Shown here in pieces: positions 46,790 to 61,000 of a DNA stretch of 64,000 nucleotides. Below the pieces are notes generated by a model that saw nothing but the letters and a program-made list of their open reading frames with translations, was not told where the DNA came from and ran no database searches. The stretch's first letter is position 1; each line of letters starts with the position of its first letter. This stretch comes from Antedon mediterranea (lineage: Eukaryota > Animalia > Echinodermata). The stretch is from NCBI RefSeq assembly GCF_964355755.1, contig NC_092675.1:1917812-1981811 (forward strand). The letters run 5' to 3'. The translations under genes were made by a program, and so were the position numbers.

Positions 46790-48925
46790 AATTTCGACCC
46801 TTTTATTTTTTGACATAACTAGTTAATATGGCTCTTTAAGATCATGATAACGCAGTATATGCGCATATATATGGCACTATTTTCGCATAATTATTGAATT
46901 AAAAAAATTCCTGTACTAGGCCTATAGGCTACAGGAAAATTTTCAAAAAATGACCAAATTTTGACAAATGGCTATATAAGATGATGATAACCACAATATA
47001 TGCGCATATATGGCAATATTATCGCATAATTATTGATTTTTAAAAAGTGGCTATTTTGGCCATTTTGCGAAAAAAATCCCTTTTGAAAAATAACCAAATT
47101 TCGACCCTTTTATTTTTCGACAAAACTGGTTACTATGGCTCTATAAGATTATGATAACGCAATATATGCGCATATATGGCACTATTTTTACCCTAGTACA
47201 GGGACATTTTCAAAAATGACCAAATTTCGACCCTTTTATTTTTCGACAAAACTGGTTACTATGGCTCTATAAGATGATGAAAACGCAATACATGCGCATA
47301 TATGGCACTATTTTTGCATAATTATTGAATTTTAAAAAGTAGCTATTTTGGCCATTTTTCGAAAAAATCCCTTTACTATATAGTACAGGGAAATTTGCGA
47401 AAAATGGCCTTTTTTAACCCCTTTTATTTTTTGACATAAAAGGTTACTATTGCATAATAAACATGCGCAGAGAAGAATAATGGGTTCTGCGCATGCCAAT
47501 TGGGCTATGCTAACCAATTTTGACATAAATGGTTACTATAGTATAATAAACATGTGCAGAGGCGCTGTAGTAACCAATTTTTCTAAAAATAAAAAGGTCG
47601 TAAATTGGCAATTTTTTTGAAAAAATTCCTGTACAGGGAAATTTTCAAAAATGGCCGATTTTCGACCTTTTTATTTTTTGACATAAATGGTTACTATAGC
47701 ATAATAAACATGCGCAGAGTCGAATAATGCGTCCATTTTTGAAAATTTCCCTGTTGTGCTATAGTAACCACTTTTGACAAAAATGGTTATTATTCGCATA
47801 ATAAACATGCGCAGAGTCGACTAATGGGTTCTGCGCATGTCAATTGTGCTATAGTAATCAGTTTTATCGAAAATAAAAAGGTCAAAAATTTGCCATTTTT
47901 AAAAAAAATCCCTGTACTATAGTACATGGAAATTTTATAAAAATGGCCGATTTTCGACCCTTTTATTTTTTGACATAAATGGTTACTATTGCATAATAAA
48001 CATGTGCAGAGAAGAATAATGGGTTCTGCGCATGTCAATTGTGCTATAGTAACCACTTTTGACAAAAATGGTTACTATTCGCATAATAAACATGCGCAGA
48101 GTCGACTAATGGGTTCTGCGCATGTTAATTGTGCTATAGTAACCAGTTTTATCTAAAAATACAAAGGTCGAAAATTGGCCATTTATTTGAAAAAATCCCT
48201 GTACTATAGTACATGGAAATTTTCGAAAAATGGCCGATTTTCGACCCTTTTATTTTTTGACATAAATGGTTACTATTGCATAATAAACATGCGCAGAGAA
48301 GAATAATGGGTTCTGCGCATGCCAATTGGGCTATGCTAACCAATTTTGACATAAATGGTTACTATAGTATAATAAACATGCGCAGAGGCGAATAATGGGT
48401 TCTGCGCACTTCAATTGTGCTATAGTAACCAGTTTTATAGAAAAATAAAAAGATCGAAAATTGGCCATTTTTTTGAAAAAATCCCTGTATTATAGTACAG
48501 GGAAATTTGCGAAAAATGGTCTTTTTTCACCCTTTTTATTTTTTGACATAAATGGTTACTATTGCATAATAAACATGCGCAGAGAAGAATAATGAGTTCT
48601 GCGCATGCCAATTGGGCTATGCTAACCAATTTTGACATAAATGGTTACTATAGTATAATAAACATGCGCAGAGTCGAATAATGCGTTCTGCGCATGTCAA
48701 TTGTGCTATAGTAATCAGTTTTATCGAAAATAAAAAGGTCAAAAATTTGCCATTTTTAAAAAAAATCCCTGTACTATAGTACATGGAAATTTTATAAAAA
48801 TGGCCGATTTTCGACCCTTTTATTTTTTGACATAAATGGTTACTATTGCATAATAAACATGTGCAGAGAAGAATAATGGGTTCTGCGCATGTCAATTGTG
48901 CTATAGTAACCACTTTTGACAAAAA
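46790..48925. repeat. Complex satellite (~287-bp period) made of two palindromic modules
   Basis: Module A (~89 bp) twice plus module B (~108 bp). A divergent variant block lies at 46790-47340. Confidence 0.85.
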
Positions 48926-50321
48926 TAAAATGAATACTCTAATAATAACTAAACAAGTTTAAGTGAGTATTGAATAAAATAATTATTGACAATTATTCGT
49001 AGGGCAGTACCAAATTATTTTATGTTTAAAACAACAACATTACACAGCTTGCTGTGCAATTAACACCATTGTTGTGCACTTGAATGGGTTTCCTATGACA
49101 TAATAGGTGTTAATATGTCAATTGAGTGAGTCTTTCATGGCATTTGTAGTTGAGTTAGTCTTTGGTGACAATAGTAACACACACTTGTAATTGAGTGGTA
49201 TTTTGATTTTTAAATTTCATATTTCTAGTTAAAATTTTGAATATCTGAATATACCACAAGGTGTATCATTCCCTAAATAGCCCAAAAAGCTAAAAAAGAA
49301 TACTAAAACAAAAATATTGACAGAACATTAATTATATTTCAATTGTAGGACGGTTTATTACCGATATCTACAAAATCTACAATAACTTTCATTAAATAAA
49401 ATGTGATTTTTTTTATTTACAAAGTTGTCCGTTGTTTACCACAAAGGGTACGCTCTTAAAATCAATATAACTCATTTTGACATATATCAGAACTGCATTG
49501 TAGGAGTTAGTCAGCTGTACTATGGTGTCAAATGTATTACCAAATCATTCAAAAAAAGTTAATATTATTTACAATAAATACATACATCATCAAGACACTT
49601 ACTTCTCATTTCTAAATAAAATAATATAATAATTTAGTAAGTATTTACATATGTTTGATATGAAATAAATTATGTAACCATATATTTTCATTATTAAATT
49701 ACAGAATTATTGTAAATTATGATTTTCTATTTTAATATACATAACATAGGTAACCTACAGATGCAGATATGGTCAATATGGATTACTCTCCCTAGAAGGA
49801 GGTTGAGAATTTGAAAAACCATTCATTTATTTCTCAAGCTGATTTTGAAGTGTGTACAAAAAAAAATAATCATAAATTATAATTATAACAAATACATTTA
49901 CAATTACAATAGAAATCATTCCCTTAACATACAAAGACCCTGTTTGGATATAGCTGCATTGACATAAAAATTGCATTGCATTTTGTGCTATTAATTAATT
50001 AATATTTTCATGTAATTATTTAATTAATTATTCACAATTATTTTTCAATGGAAGATTTGTTCAATCAATAAAAAAATACAATTCTTACTTAAGTAGTTGC
50101 ATTGTCACACTAAATAAATAAATTAATCCGGAAAGAAAATCTCTCAGATATTTACAATATATTACAACAAAAACTGGAAGATACTGTTATATTAAGGCAG
50201 TTAACACTTTTTTCTAAGCTAATCAGGTTTTATTGTTCGTTAAATATCAAATTTGCTTATAAAATAAGACTGTAATACAGTACCAGCGTATTTCCATAGC
50301 TTTAATTTAAAATCACTATTA

Positions 50322-50514
50322 AGCTTGGTTCCCACTAGCGACGCAACGTAACGCAATCTACGTAACATAAGTAAATGCCCTTATAATGTTTGCCCCCACC
50401 TGCGTGAAATGAAATTTGCGATGTTTGCAGCACTATTGCGTCGTCGGTTCCCACTTGTGACACTTTGCGCCGATACGTCACTGCGCTGCGTTGCATTCTA
50501 GTGGGAACCACGCT
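50322..50514. mobile_element. MITE family B copy with perfect TTA TSD
   Basis: TTA-AGCTTGGTTCCCACTAG ... CTAGTGGGAACCACGCT-TTA. Confidence 0.75.
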
Positions 50515-50917
50515 TTATCATTTAGTATTATAAGTTTCAACATACAGCGCAAGATAACCTTTAGAAATTAGTAACGTAAAAATTCATTGTACTCATACAA
50601 ATTGGAATGCGTTTCCTTACTCGATTCCTCAAGAGTTTTGTAGAATTCTACGTACAGGCAATTACCTAAAGCGCAATATGCGTAGGTCAGAATCAGAATC
50701 AAGATAATGACTTGAGTATAACTCATACAATGTGTAAGTCCCAGATGGAATTACTGTTTTAATTTATCGTATAACTTTTATGACTTTTAATTTTTCTTAT
50801 TAATTTAACTATTATATTATTAATTGTGACAAATAAAATATAATTGTTTTTATAATTTGAAATTGTTGCTACCCTATTTTAAATATCTCCTATATAAAAT
50901 ATGAACCTAGCTTAGCT

Positions 50918-53900
50918 TCAGGGTTGATTAACAACCTCCTGTGTTACTAAAGCTGTGGAATCATCGTTCTTTATAATAGCTTGATCAGTCCCATTAGAAA
51001 ATGACACTCCAGGAATCATAGGATCCCAGTGCATACTGCTGCGTCTTTTCATAATACTTCTCCGCTTTTTCTGACTTTCTTGTTTGGTGTAATCAAATGG
51101 TTTTCTATATCTTTGATATCTTTTGAAGCACAATAGTACTACAGCAATGATGATAATAACGACAATGACACAGAAAACGGCAGCCAAAATGATTGGTGTG
51201 GACGAGTGCTGATTATGTGATAACGAATCTGGACCTAATAAAAGTTTGAAAGTGAATGTTAAGTGTCTGGTAAATGAGATTCAAATCTGCCTGATATTAA
51301 TAACAAATGACGACAAACCAAACAATTGCCTAAAGCTCTGTCTAGAATATCAAACTATAGTTTGATAAAAAAAAGTGTGTTGTGCCCAAATATGGTAGTG
51401 ATATGAAATCATCGTGTCTGCATCAAATTTTTTTTTCACATAAAGTCTAATAGTGTGAACAGAGCTTTTTTTATTTGTCTTATGTAGGTTCGACCTTCTT
51501 TTATTTCTTCATCAATAAAATGTTCGTTTACAATGTATCGCACTTGATTAATGTAATATTATAATACAATACAACTGACATTAAATAACTTTTAATACAT
51601 CTTATATCTCACACCGACCATTGCATTTTATATATAATAGTAGGGAAAGAATAAAAATAAAAATTATTTAGTGTAGACAGAGCTTTACTCATAATTTATC
51701 AATTTAAAATATGAAAATAAAAGTAAATAATTCTTACCTGTGATAGATATAAATGCATCCGCTGATGTGCCTCCTTCCTCATTCTTAACATTGCAAGTAA
51801 ACTTTCCAGAATCAGTAGGTTGTGCATTAGAAATAGTCAATACACCATTATTGACAATTACATGATCACTTCCTTTTAAAATGTTATTATTCTTGTACCA
51901 GGAATATACAAGCTTTCCTGATCCTATAGCTTGGCACTTTAGGCTCACTGTAGCACCACTTACGTAAGATCCATTTGAAGGTGAATTTGTGATGACTGGT
52001 GGTCCTATGAAGATGAAAAAAAAGGGGTTGATAGTATTTTGTGAATTTACTATTGATTAGCTTGTTATTGAGGATCTGTGTCTGTGACATATGATCAGTC
52101 CCCTGCCCCACACAATGCAAAGAATATTGTACAGTACTGTTGGTATTTATCGCATCCACACATAAGATCAAAGGACTGTTACAAGTTCCTATCTTGGCAA
52201 TGCAAGCTCAGTGTCCAAGATTTCCTTGATTTATACTAATAGTAAGTTAGAAATGCTGGTACAGAATAAAATAGACGTAGTTACCTTTGACTAACAGTTT
52301 CACAGAATATTCAATAACCTCAACAGGATTAACTGCAATGCAGGTATAATAACCCATGTCGGTTCGTTGTACGTTTCTCACTAGTAAAGTACCGTTCACG
52401 AGGACTTCTAATCTTGCATATTGTACATCTTTCCCATCTTTCTTCCAGTAGATGGTAGGGCTAGGAGCACCAATTGCTGCACAATGCAACATGACATCAC
52501 TGGCAACATCAGCACTTGTGTCTTCTGGTGTAACAGTCATATTTGGTAATCCTGACAAAGAAAACCATAATTGTAAACAAATGTACTAATGAAACAGAAT
52601 ACTATCAACAGTGCTCTTATACCTCTTTCCAATCACCTTGCAAAAAACACACACCATACAAAATGACAGTGTTGACTCTAGAGTGTGTAAACTGGAGGTT
52701 TGCTAGGTGATGTGGAATAGGTGTAATGGTCAAGAATAGGTATAATGGTCAAATAAGGTACAGTGTGACATATCCAATACAATAGATTTTTCATTCAATT
52801 CAAAACAAATTAACAATAATAAACAGTACAGGAAAGTATTCAGGGTATCACAAAAAAGTGACCAATGGTCAGACTTACAGTATTTCCATTGTGGCCCTTA
52901 ATTAAATCCTATATGTGGTAAAGTTGTAGTATCTTAACATTCATGCTTAGTGAGTATTGTAAGTGTCTAAGTACTTACTTAGAACAGATAGTTCAGCACT
53001 AGCAACATCAATGCCTTTCTCATTCACTGCAATACATCTGTATGTTCCGGCATCTTCTTCTCGGATGTTCTGAATGAATAATGTACCATTCGAGTCAAAG
53101 TGCTGGTAGCGATCACCAATAAGTGGCTTGCCATTATGTTGCCAGCTGAAGTTGGCCTCAGGGATGCCAGCGGCTAAGCAGCCTAGCATTGCTGTGTCTC
53201 CTATCAATGTCTGGGAATGTTTCACGTCAATAATGCTTGGTTTCTCTGCAATAAAATAACAACAATCATTTCATCCATTGTCAGCCCACTTCAGAGTCAA
53301 GGTCTTCCCAAGTTTAACTATGCAGCTCTCAGAATATTGGTGTTGAGCCTGTTCTTGGAGACCATTCTCCGAAATGTAGATAGGCAGGACACCTTGCGAG
53401 AACGAACCGCTGCTAATAATACTTATTAATAAAGTACCATCTTTATATTAAATATTATATATAGTTTAAGTCAGTACCACACTTATCAGGGTGAGATCTT
53501 AATTTCATTTACACAAGTATCAAGAAACTACATTCTCAAAATCATTTAGACGCAAATGCATGTACAAACTTTTTCCATTTATCATAGTATGATTGGTACT
53601 GTAACATTATGTTGGCTGCCACTTTGATATAAACAAATGCTAGAAACCTGACAATCAAAATTAACCAATTAACTAACCTTTTACCATGAGGTAAGCACTC
53701 GCACTAACTCTTCCGATTGTGTTTTCTAGTACACAAGTATAGTTTCCCGTATCCTGCCAATGTGTGCGACTGAAGTAAAGAGATCCCTGAGAACGTACTG
53801 CAATGCGACCTGAACGAATATCAGCGTCGTATAGTGCTTTGCCATTGTGCAGCCAGCTGGCGGTGGTAATGATGGGGGCTGGGTTACCGGATGACTTGCA

Positions 53901-56900
53901 GAGTAGTGTCACACCAAAACCGTGTGATACATTCTTATCAGATGGTAGGGTTAAAAACTTAGGAAGACTGGTTCCAACAGCTATTAAAAATAAAATTGAA
54001 TTATTGAAACTTTGTGCTTTACTTATAATTTGTTCGGGGGTAATCAAGATACAAACTAAACCACTTTTTTTTTATTTGTACAGTCCGTACAGTATTAAAC
54101 TATAATATAATAATTACATTATTTTAATATTTGAATGTTTATAAACATTCAATATTGAAAAACTATTATAACTAACCAGTGGTAGCACAGTTGATTAAAC
54201 TTAAATACTAAAAGTATATCTTCGCTTGAAGAATGACTTGGCAAATAAAAGTTGGGCTTGATTTCACAAAATTTCATTCTAGAATTTTCTAGGGAAGTAG
54301 GAGATTTCAACCTTCACTGAATATACAAGGTTAAACAATCAAATTGATCTCACCACGGAGTACTATAATCTCAAAAATTCAAATCCCCACATATCAAAAG
54401 TATTAATCTATTTATACAAATTACAACCTCAAATGCTGATTGGTATGGAAAATAGACAAGGTTGCGCTTATATTAAAAGAATTAAAAAAGTGATTGATTA
54501 CCTATGCAATTAACACCATCGCCAATGGTACCTTCTGGACAAGGGCCACAAACCGATGAACCCTGTGTTGCATTAACACACTCTACACCTTCAAAGCAAC
54601 TGCCAAACCCACAGGCTCCAGTGTTTGTCTTTCGACAAATGTTCTGCTGAGGTTGAACGTATCGTGATCCGTCACATGTTATGGCTGGAAAAAATGAAAC
54701 GAGTTTGTTAGAAAAATGGATGAGAATCTCTTTTAGAAATTGTTAGAGCCCTACAGTCTATTGTTTAACTGCAGTATGTAGTAATACTGGTATGTGTTTT
54801 ATATGGCAATGCCCGACACATGTTCATTTTCTCTTTACTTTTTAACCACTAATATATTGGTTCTCTTATCTTGGTGATTTTGTTCATTAATTAAATATTG
54901 CATCAAAATGTTTTCTGTTAAAGTTTATTTGTCTAACTTACCAACTAATTCATCTTTTAATCCACTGCATGTGTTTGCATTCGTGTGTGGACAGTGAAGT
55001 ACAGATTTCTCAAAGCCTTGGCATTCAACATTATCTATCCCTACAACTGTTTTCTGTGGTGGCATGTCAAATTGTGGTCTAGAATTGGCTGTCCGTCCAA
55101 AGCCTAGTTCTTGGCACACAACCTAACACAATTAATCAATATTAAAATATTCAATTCACTGCCTCATATATAACATCTTGTCCTTAAGCGATGTTTTCTG
55201 TTAATTCTTCTTCAGAATTAAGCTCTGTCCACATTATCAAACTTTATGTGACAACAAAATGTGCGCATATATGGACACAATAATAGTCATATCACTACCT
55301 GTACCATATTTGGGCACATTGATACTGTAGACAGAGATTTAGGTAGTAGTAACATTTCCTGGTACTGATATTCAGGACCTTTTAATTTTTGATGTATTCA
55401 ATATTAATATCATAAAATGCTTTTTAAAGGTAATTACCTCGGAATTAATCAAACTCCATGAGTGTCGGCAGACTGTATACCAGACGTTGTTCTGCTTTAC
55501 TTCTAATCTTCCCGACAAGGCTGTAGCACCACCAATGAGTCGTACTTCAGATGGGATGATCTTATCTGGTAAAAATGACTCGAGGGTGTCGCCATTTGAA
55601 CAAGATTGTACACACAAGGAACCTAGAAACACAACAAACAAATACTTATGCATGCTTTCCATGAGTATCAGCCTGGTTTTAGTTGACTTTAAAATATGAA
55701 GCATTTTTCATTCATAAAGCATTATTTTATTAGAGAAAATTTTTTTTAAATAATTGAAATATTTTATAATTGGACAAAAATTAAAGACCACAGAGAGACG
55801 AACAATTCATAGATACTTTTGGAAAACTTAAATGCATCATTATTATTTACAAATACAAATACATTACCTTCTAAGTTATAGCCAGGCTTGCATGATTTGC
55901 AGACAGCATTATTATCGGCATCAAAACAGGCTGTACAACGCTCATTACAAGGCTGGCAGAGCCTTTGGTTTGTGTCACCATAATAGCCTTCAGGGCAGGT
56001 ATCTACACAAGAGTTTGATATAAGATAGAACGGAGCGGCACAACTTGTGCAAGTATCTGAAGTTCCCTGGCATGAATGACAAGATCCACTGCAGTGCTGA
56101 CATACTCTGTTTGCATCAGGATAATATCTAAAATACAAGATCACAGACATTGTAAAATGACTACAGTAGAACATTCTATTGAAGGGACATTCCAAGGGAA
56201 AACTTTCTGTACAATGAATGAAGGGTAATATATATTTTATGACAATGTCCAAAACATATTCAGGAACACTCCTATTAAGTAGGCGACACTTTGTTGGGTT
56301 CCAAAGGTAAAAGAGGTTCAACTATAGAAATGTACCGAAGAAATAGAAAAGAAGATAAAATGGATATGTTAAATAGTACTAATCTTCTCTCTTTACAATA
56401 ACAGCTTTCCCTTACCCATTTCCACAATCAGAAACACATTTTTGAGATGTATCAGGACCAGAACACTGCACACCAGCATCTTCCCCATGTTCACAGTCAT
56501 GCGCTCCGATACCGTCCATATGGTTTTTACAAGACAGGACATCTTGCTCTGAGCCTACACAGTTAACATCATCAAGAAGGATGGGTCCGATACCTGGTCC
56601 AAAGAAAGCAGCGCGATAGGCTCCATTGGCACTGCCGAACGACAGTTGTCGACAAACAACACTTGCATCTACCATATCCCATGAATCATCACAAATCGTG
56701 CCCCATACACCGTTATGACGCACCTCAACTCTTCCCTCAAGAGGTGTTGATCCGTCGACCAATCGTATGTTCTCGTTTCCGTGCTTGATGAAGCCTGACC
56801 CACAATTCGGAATACAGGTGTTTAGTTCGCTTAGATAAAATGATTGTTTGCATTCTATACACTTGGATGCACTGTCAACACAGTCTTTGCATTCAGCACT

Positions 56901-59900
56901 GAAACAAAAACAAGAGTAGAACATGAAAAATATATATGAATAAAATTCAGTAGTAGTTTTAAAATTTAATCATCAAAATTAATATGGAGAGGGTTTTCAG
57001 TCACTGCATTGCAAGTACTTCAAACTTTTGTTCTCAACCTGGGTTGTACAAATGGGCCAAGCATACGATACTATACTATATGCCTCATTTGGGCTAACAA
57101 ATTCATTTCAAGCAGGTTGTTATACTTATATTCAAAGTTATATTCATTTTTAACTCACCTGCATGTTTTGCATGTAGCATCGGTGTCGCCATAAAAACCC
57201 TCAGGACAACGCACAACACACTCATATTCCCTAGTCATAAAAAGTCCTGCTTCACATTTTGTACAGCGGTCAGGATTTTGCTCACACTCGGCACATTTGT
57301 GTGAACATTTACCACATGTTTTGGTTGTTGAGTTCGAAAAGTAACCTTTTGAACAATCTACTTGACTTATACAGACTCGCGACGTATCAGGTCCTGAGCA
57401 ACGCACACCTGTAAATAAGATATTGAACGTAGGATTAACAATACACCTTGTTTATACTCTGATGGATCATGAAACTATAATATATTATAGTTCCATGGAT
57501 GGATATACAGGAAGAATAAGGAAATAAATATATAACCAGGGTAGTTAAAAATGTCAACCTTCCATTTCTCTTAATTGCACTTTTCAAACTATAGAGACTA
57601 TAGCAGCTCAACTAGAAAAAATGTGTATACAATTTCTAGATAAGTGAACATGAGATATGTATCTATACATATAGAAGCCTCCTCAGCACATTACTGTATT
57701 AAATTTAAACATAAAACAAAGTCGATAATTAACAAAGATAATTAAAATTCACCAATATGAAAGCTCAGTCTACTATCAAATTAGTTTGACAAACAGTGTG
57801 ATGTGCTCAAATATGGTAGTCGTCGTGTCCATATATGGGCATATAACATTTTTTTTGTTAGTGTAGACAGAGCTTAAGTAGAAAGAAAAAATGAATTTAA
57901 TATCTTTGGGATGATAGATTCCTGTTATATTATAATATAATATTGTACATTATACACTACGTACCTGCATCTTCATGATGACGGCAATCTGAGGACATCC
58001 ATCCAGCATGCTGACAATTAAATATTGTTGTCTCATTTCCAATGCACTCGACTTCATCCATGTGAATGCTGCCAAAACCCTGTCCATATCTGATGAAATA
58101 AAATTAAACTAATTTAAAAAAAGGTATTACAAATGTATAACTGCACTTAAAAACACGCTTTAATGTTTGTTTTTATTTCAATTTGAACCAGTATAAATGT
58201 TAATGACTTATATACTGTATGTACAACTCTATTTATTATAGTATAACTAGCTTAATTGCTCTAACCATAATAATAATAATAATGTTATTTCTATATTATG
58301 TATAATTGTGCTTATGTAAGGTATATAGATGCTGGCAACCATTCAATTTTAGTACAACCAGTGAAAATATTTAATGCACTTTAAAATAAACTAAATCTAG
58401 TTTATTACTTAAAAATAAATACTAATACTTTTGAGTATAATGGTTGATATTAGGGTGAGTTGAAATTAGAATTTAGCAACAGCTAGGCCTTCGGATACAT
58501 AGACTATAAGCCTGAATTCTCACCTTGCTTGTGGAAACACCTCAACAGCATGGCCTAGGCCTAATTCAGTGCATATTACATCACCATCTTTCAAATCCCA
58601 ATTATCGTCACAAACTGTTCCATATTCACCTTGATACAAAACCTCTACACGCCCCTCTGTAGGAGTTGGACCATTTACCAAACGTACCGTTTGTAACTGG
58701 ATCAGACTGTATCCATCACAACGTTCCACACATTTATCCCCTATAATAAAACAAAAATGAAGTAATTGCAGATGTATTACTAAAATGAAATTTCACTTTT
58801 TTTCTCTAGGAACACATGCTTGTAAGACTGACATGGTTCTGTAGTTGTCCCATGACCTAGATTATCATAGGAGCGTAGGAGATGATATGATACACAGGCA
58901 TAAGCCATATCTCCCAGTGGTGCCTATCTTCTCTTCGGGCAATTAATGTTACATTAAATAACAATAAAAAGCTTATACATTAAAGGTGAAAATAAGAGGT
59001 TTGATTGTATGAATTTACCTTGTAAATAGAGGGGCACTACACAACTAGTACATGTCGAAGTGGTCACATGACAAGTAGCACATGACGCATCACATTCCTT
59101 ACAACTTCCATCACTTGAATGAAATCCATGTCCGCAATCACTTACGCAATCATTTTCTTTTAACTGGTATCCGGGCGCACATCGTGTGCACACGTAACTA
59201 TCTGTCTCCCCCTTGCACTCATCGCAATAATCGTTACACTGTATACATTCGCGTGTGGTTACATTACCATAGAAACCGGCAGGACACGAATCAATGCACG
59301 TTCTAACACCCGGACCTACAAACAAAAGGAAATTTAATTGAAGTTGATTATTCATATTATTCAATTTATCTGCATGCAAATCTTAAGTGGTACAATAGTG
59401 GAATTACCATCAGTTTAACTATAATTATGTGGTTTTTGTATCTAAGACTGTATAGCAACCATACTGCTACACATTTTACAAGTATTCTTGCAAACTAGAA
59501 GTGGCTAATTAATAAACCTCTAAATAGAATCAGCTTACACAATGAACTTCTGTAGTGTCTTTTCTTTCATTTTCCAGAAGTTTTTAGAATGACCTAATTA
59601 GGCAAAGGTATCACACATCATGATATTAAAACCTCTATTAAGGGGACACCTTTGGGATCAATCAAATGTCCCATCAATAGGGTGTCTACTGAATAGGGTT
59701 GATCGAAATGTTAAAACATATATTTCACCATGTTTAATTCATGGAAATGTATCCACTTAGTAGGGGTGTCCACTGAATAGGGGTGTCCAAAAGAAGGGGG
59801 TCCTAACTGTACTGTACAGTACTTCAACTTACAGAGAAACAATTGTTTTGTATTAAATTAAATGTACCGTTATGTAAACACTATTAACAATAACATTGTA

Positions 59901-61000
59901 AAAATATAATATCATTAAATATTAATATTATATTTTAAAATATATTTTGTATAAATCCTTTAAAAAAAAAACACCAAAAAAACTGTGATACTGTACTACT
60001 GTAGATAGATTTCTATATCAAACCACAACATTTGTACAGTGAAATTTCTAATGACTACATTTCAACAATATAAAAGCTTATCATATTTCAATACAACCCG
60101 CACAAATTATTATAAAACAACTGGTTAAGTTCAGGTATTGTATTAAAACAACTCCACCTACTTAGACAACAATGAAGTGGTATTATGACGCAGTATATCT
60201 ACGCACTCATATATACACCTAAAGGATAATAACCACTCATGTATGGACATTGCTTTCAAAGCTATAGCTTTTCAAGTGGATGAATATAGGTTGGATATAC
60301 TGTAAGGATGATGCAACATCATGTGCAATCAATCTGGTTGTCATAAACTTTATACTATTGCTATGTAAAATGTATTCTGACCATAGGTATAATTGGATAA
60401 TGTCCAAAACAAATGATAATTATTGACATAATATACACATTTCAACTATTCCAAATGTAGTCAGCTGTATTGGAATGTATTGATTAGTTTTATGTACTTC
60501 TACAATCATTGATCAATATTGAATATTAATATCACAAATCGAGTGTAAATTACAACGGTATCAGTTGAAATAATATTCACAAAATATAAATGTGATAATA
60601 ATATTGTACGAGTATTATAGTTAAATAGGAGAGTGTGTTAATATTGTACACAATAATGACTTTTTTTGTAATGCTTTTTAAAAAAAATATTTAATTTTTT
60701 AACTATTCATCATGTAGGCTTATGACTACGGTTTCAGCCAGAGGCTGCTTGTGTCATCTTTTTAATAAAGATATACCGAATATTAATTATTAAAAATATA
60801 AGTTCAAATAAAATTTATACCTGAACATCTAATAGCTACATCTTTTCCATGGTTACAGTTGTTAAGGCCCCAATCCCGATGGAAGCATTCAGTCAAGCGT
60901 TGCTCAGTTCCAGATGGACAAATGACATCATCAAGCCATATGTTTCCTACTCCAGGTTGGATATAGTGATCGGAAAGCGCAATAATCCCAACAGCACGTC
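50918..61000 (-). CDS. Type I membrane receptor, 5' end outside window: alternating SRCR and furin-like Cys-rich repeats, EGF, 4 Ig(I-set), TM and ~68-aa tail; ~1260 codons in window
   Basis: 15 phase-consistent exons: 61000-60821, 59315-59019, 58740-58524, 58089-57965, 57408-57159, 56898-56416, 56127-55868, 55622-55438, 55122-54942, 54684-54502, 53980-53678, 53245-52979, 52551-52285, 52004-51738, 51234-50918. SRCR 'RLVDG..EGRVEV..WGTICDDSW', furin-like 'CV..CPEGYY....C..C', Ig 'C...W...DxGxYxC', TM 'IILAAVFCVIVVIIIIAVVLLCF'. Confidence 0.9.
51334..51466. mobile_element. MITE family A copy
   Basis: TAA-AGCTCTGTCTAGAATATCAAA ... GTGTGAACAGAGCT. Confidence 0.65.
55221..55338. mobile_element. 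MITE family A copy
   Basis: TTA-AGCTCTGTCCACATTATCAAA ... GTAGACAGAGAT-TTA. Confidence 0.6.
56162..56325. mobile_element. Tc1/mariner(pogo)-type MITE
   Basis: TA-CAGTAGAAC ... GTTCAACTA-TA. Internal CTATTAAG/GGACAC motifs are shared with 17710-17850 and 59628-59812. Confidence 0.55.
57762..57874. mobile_element. MITE family A copy
   Basis: AGCTCAGTCTACTATCAAA ... GTGTAGACAGAGCT-TAA. Confidence 0.6.

Noticed and set aside
47332-48922. Family of similar Cys-containing small ORFs (MSKLVSIAQLACAEPII...)
   Set aside because: Translations of the palindromic satellite units with variable frames and stops; no evidence of coding constraint.
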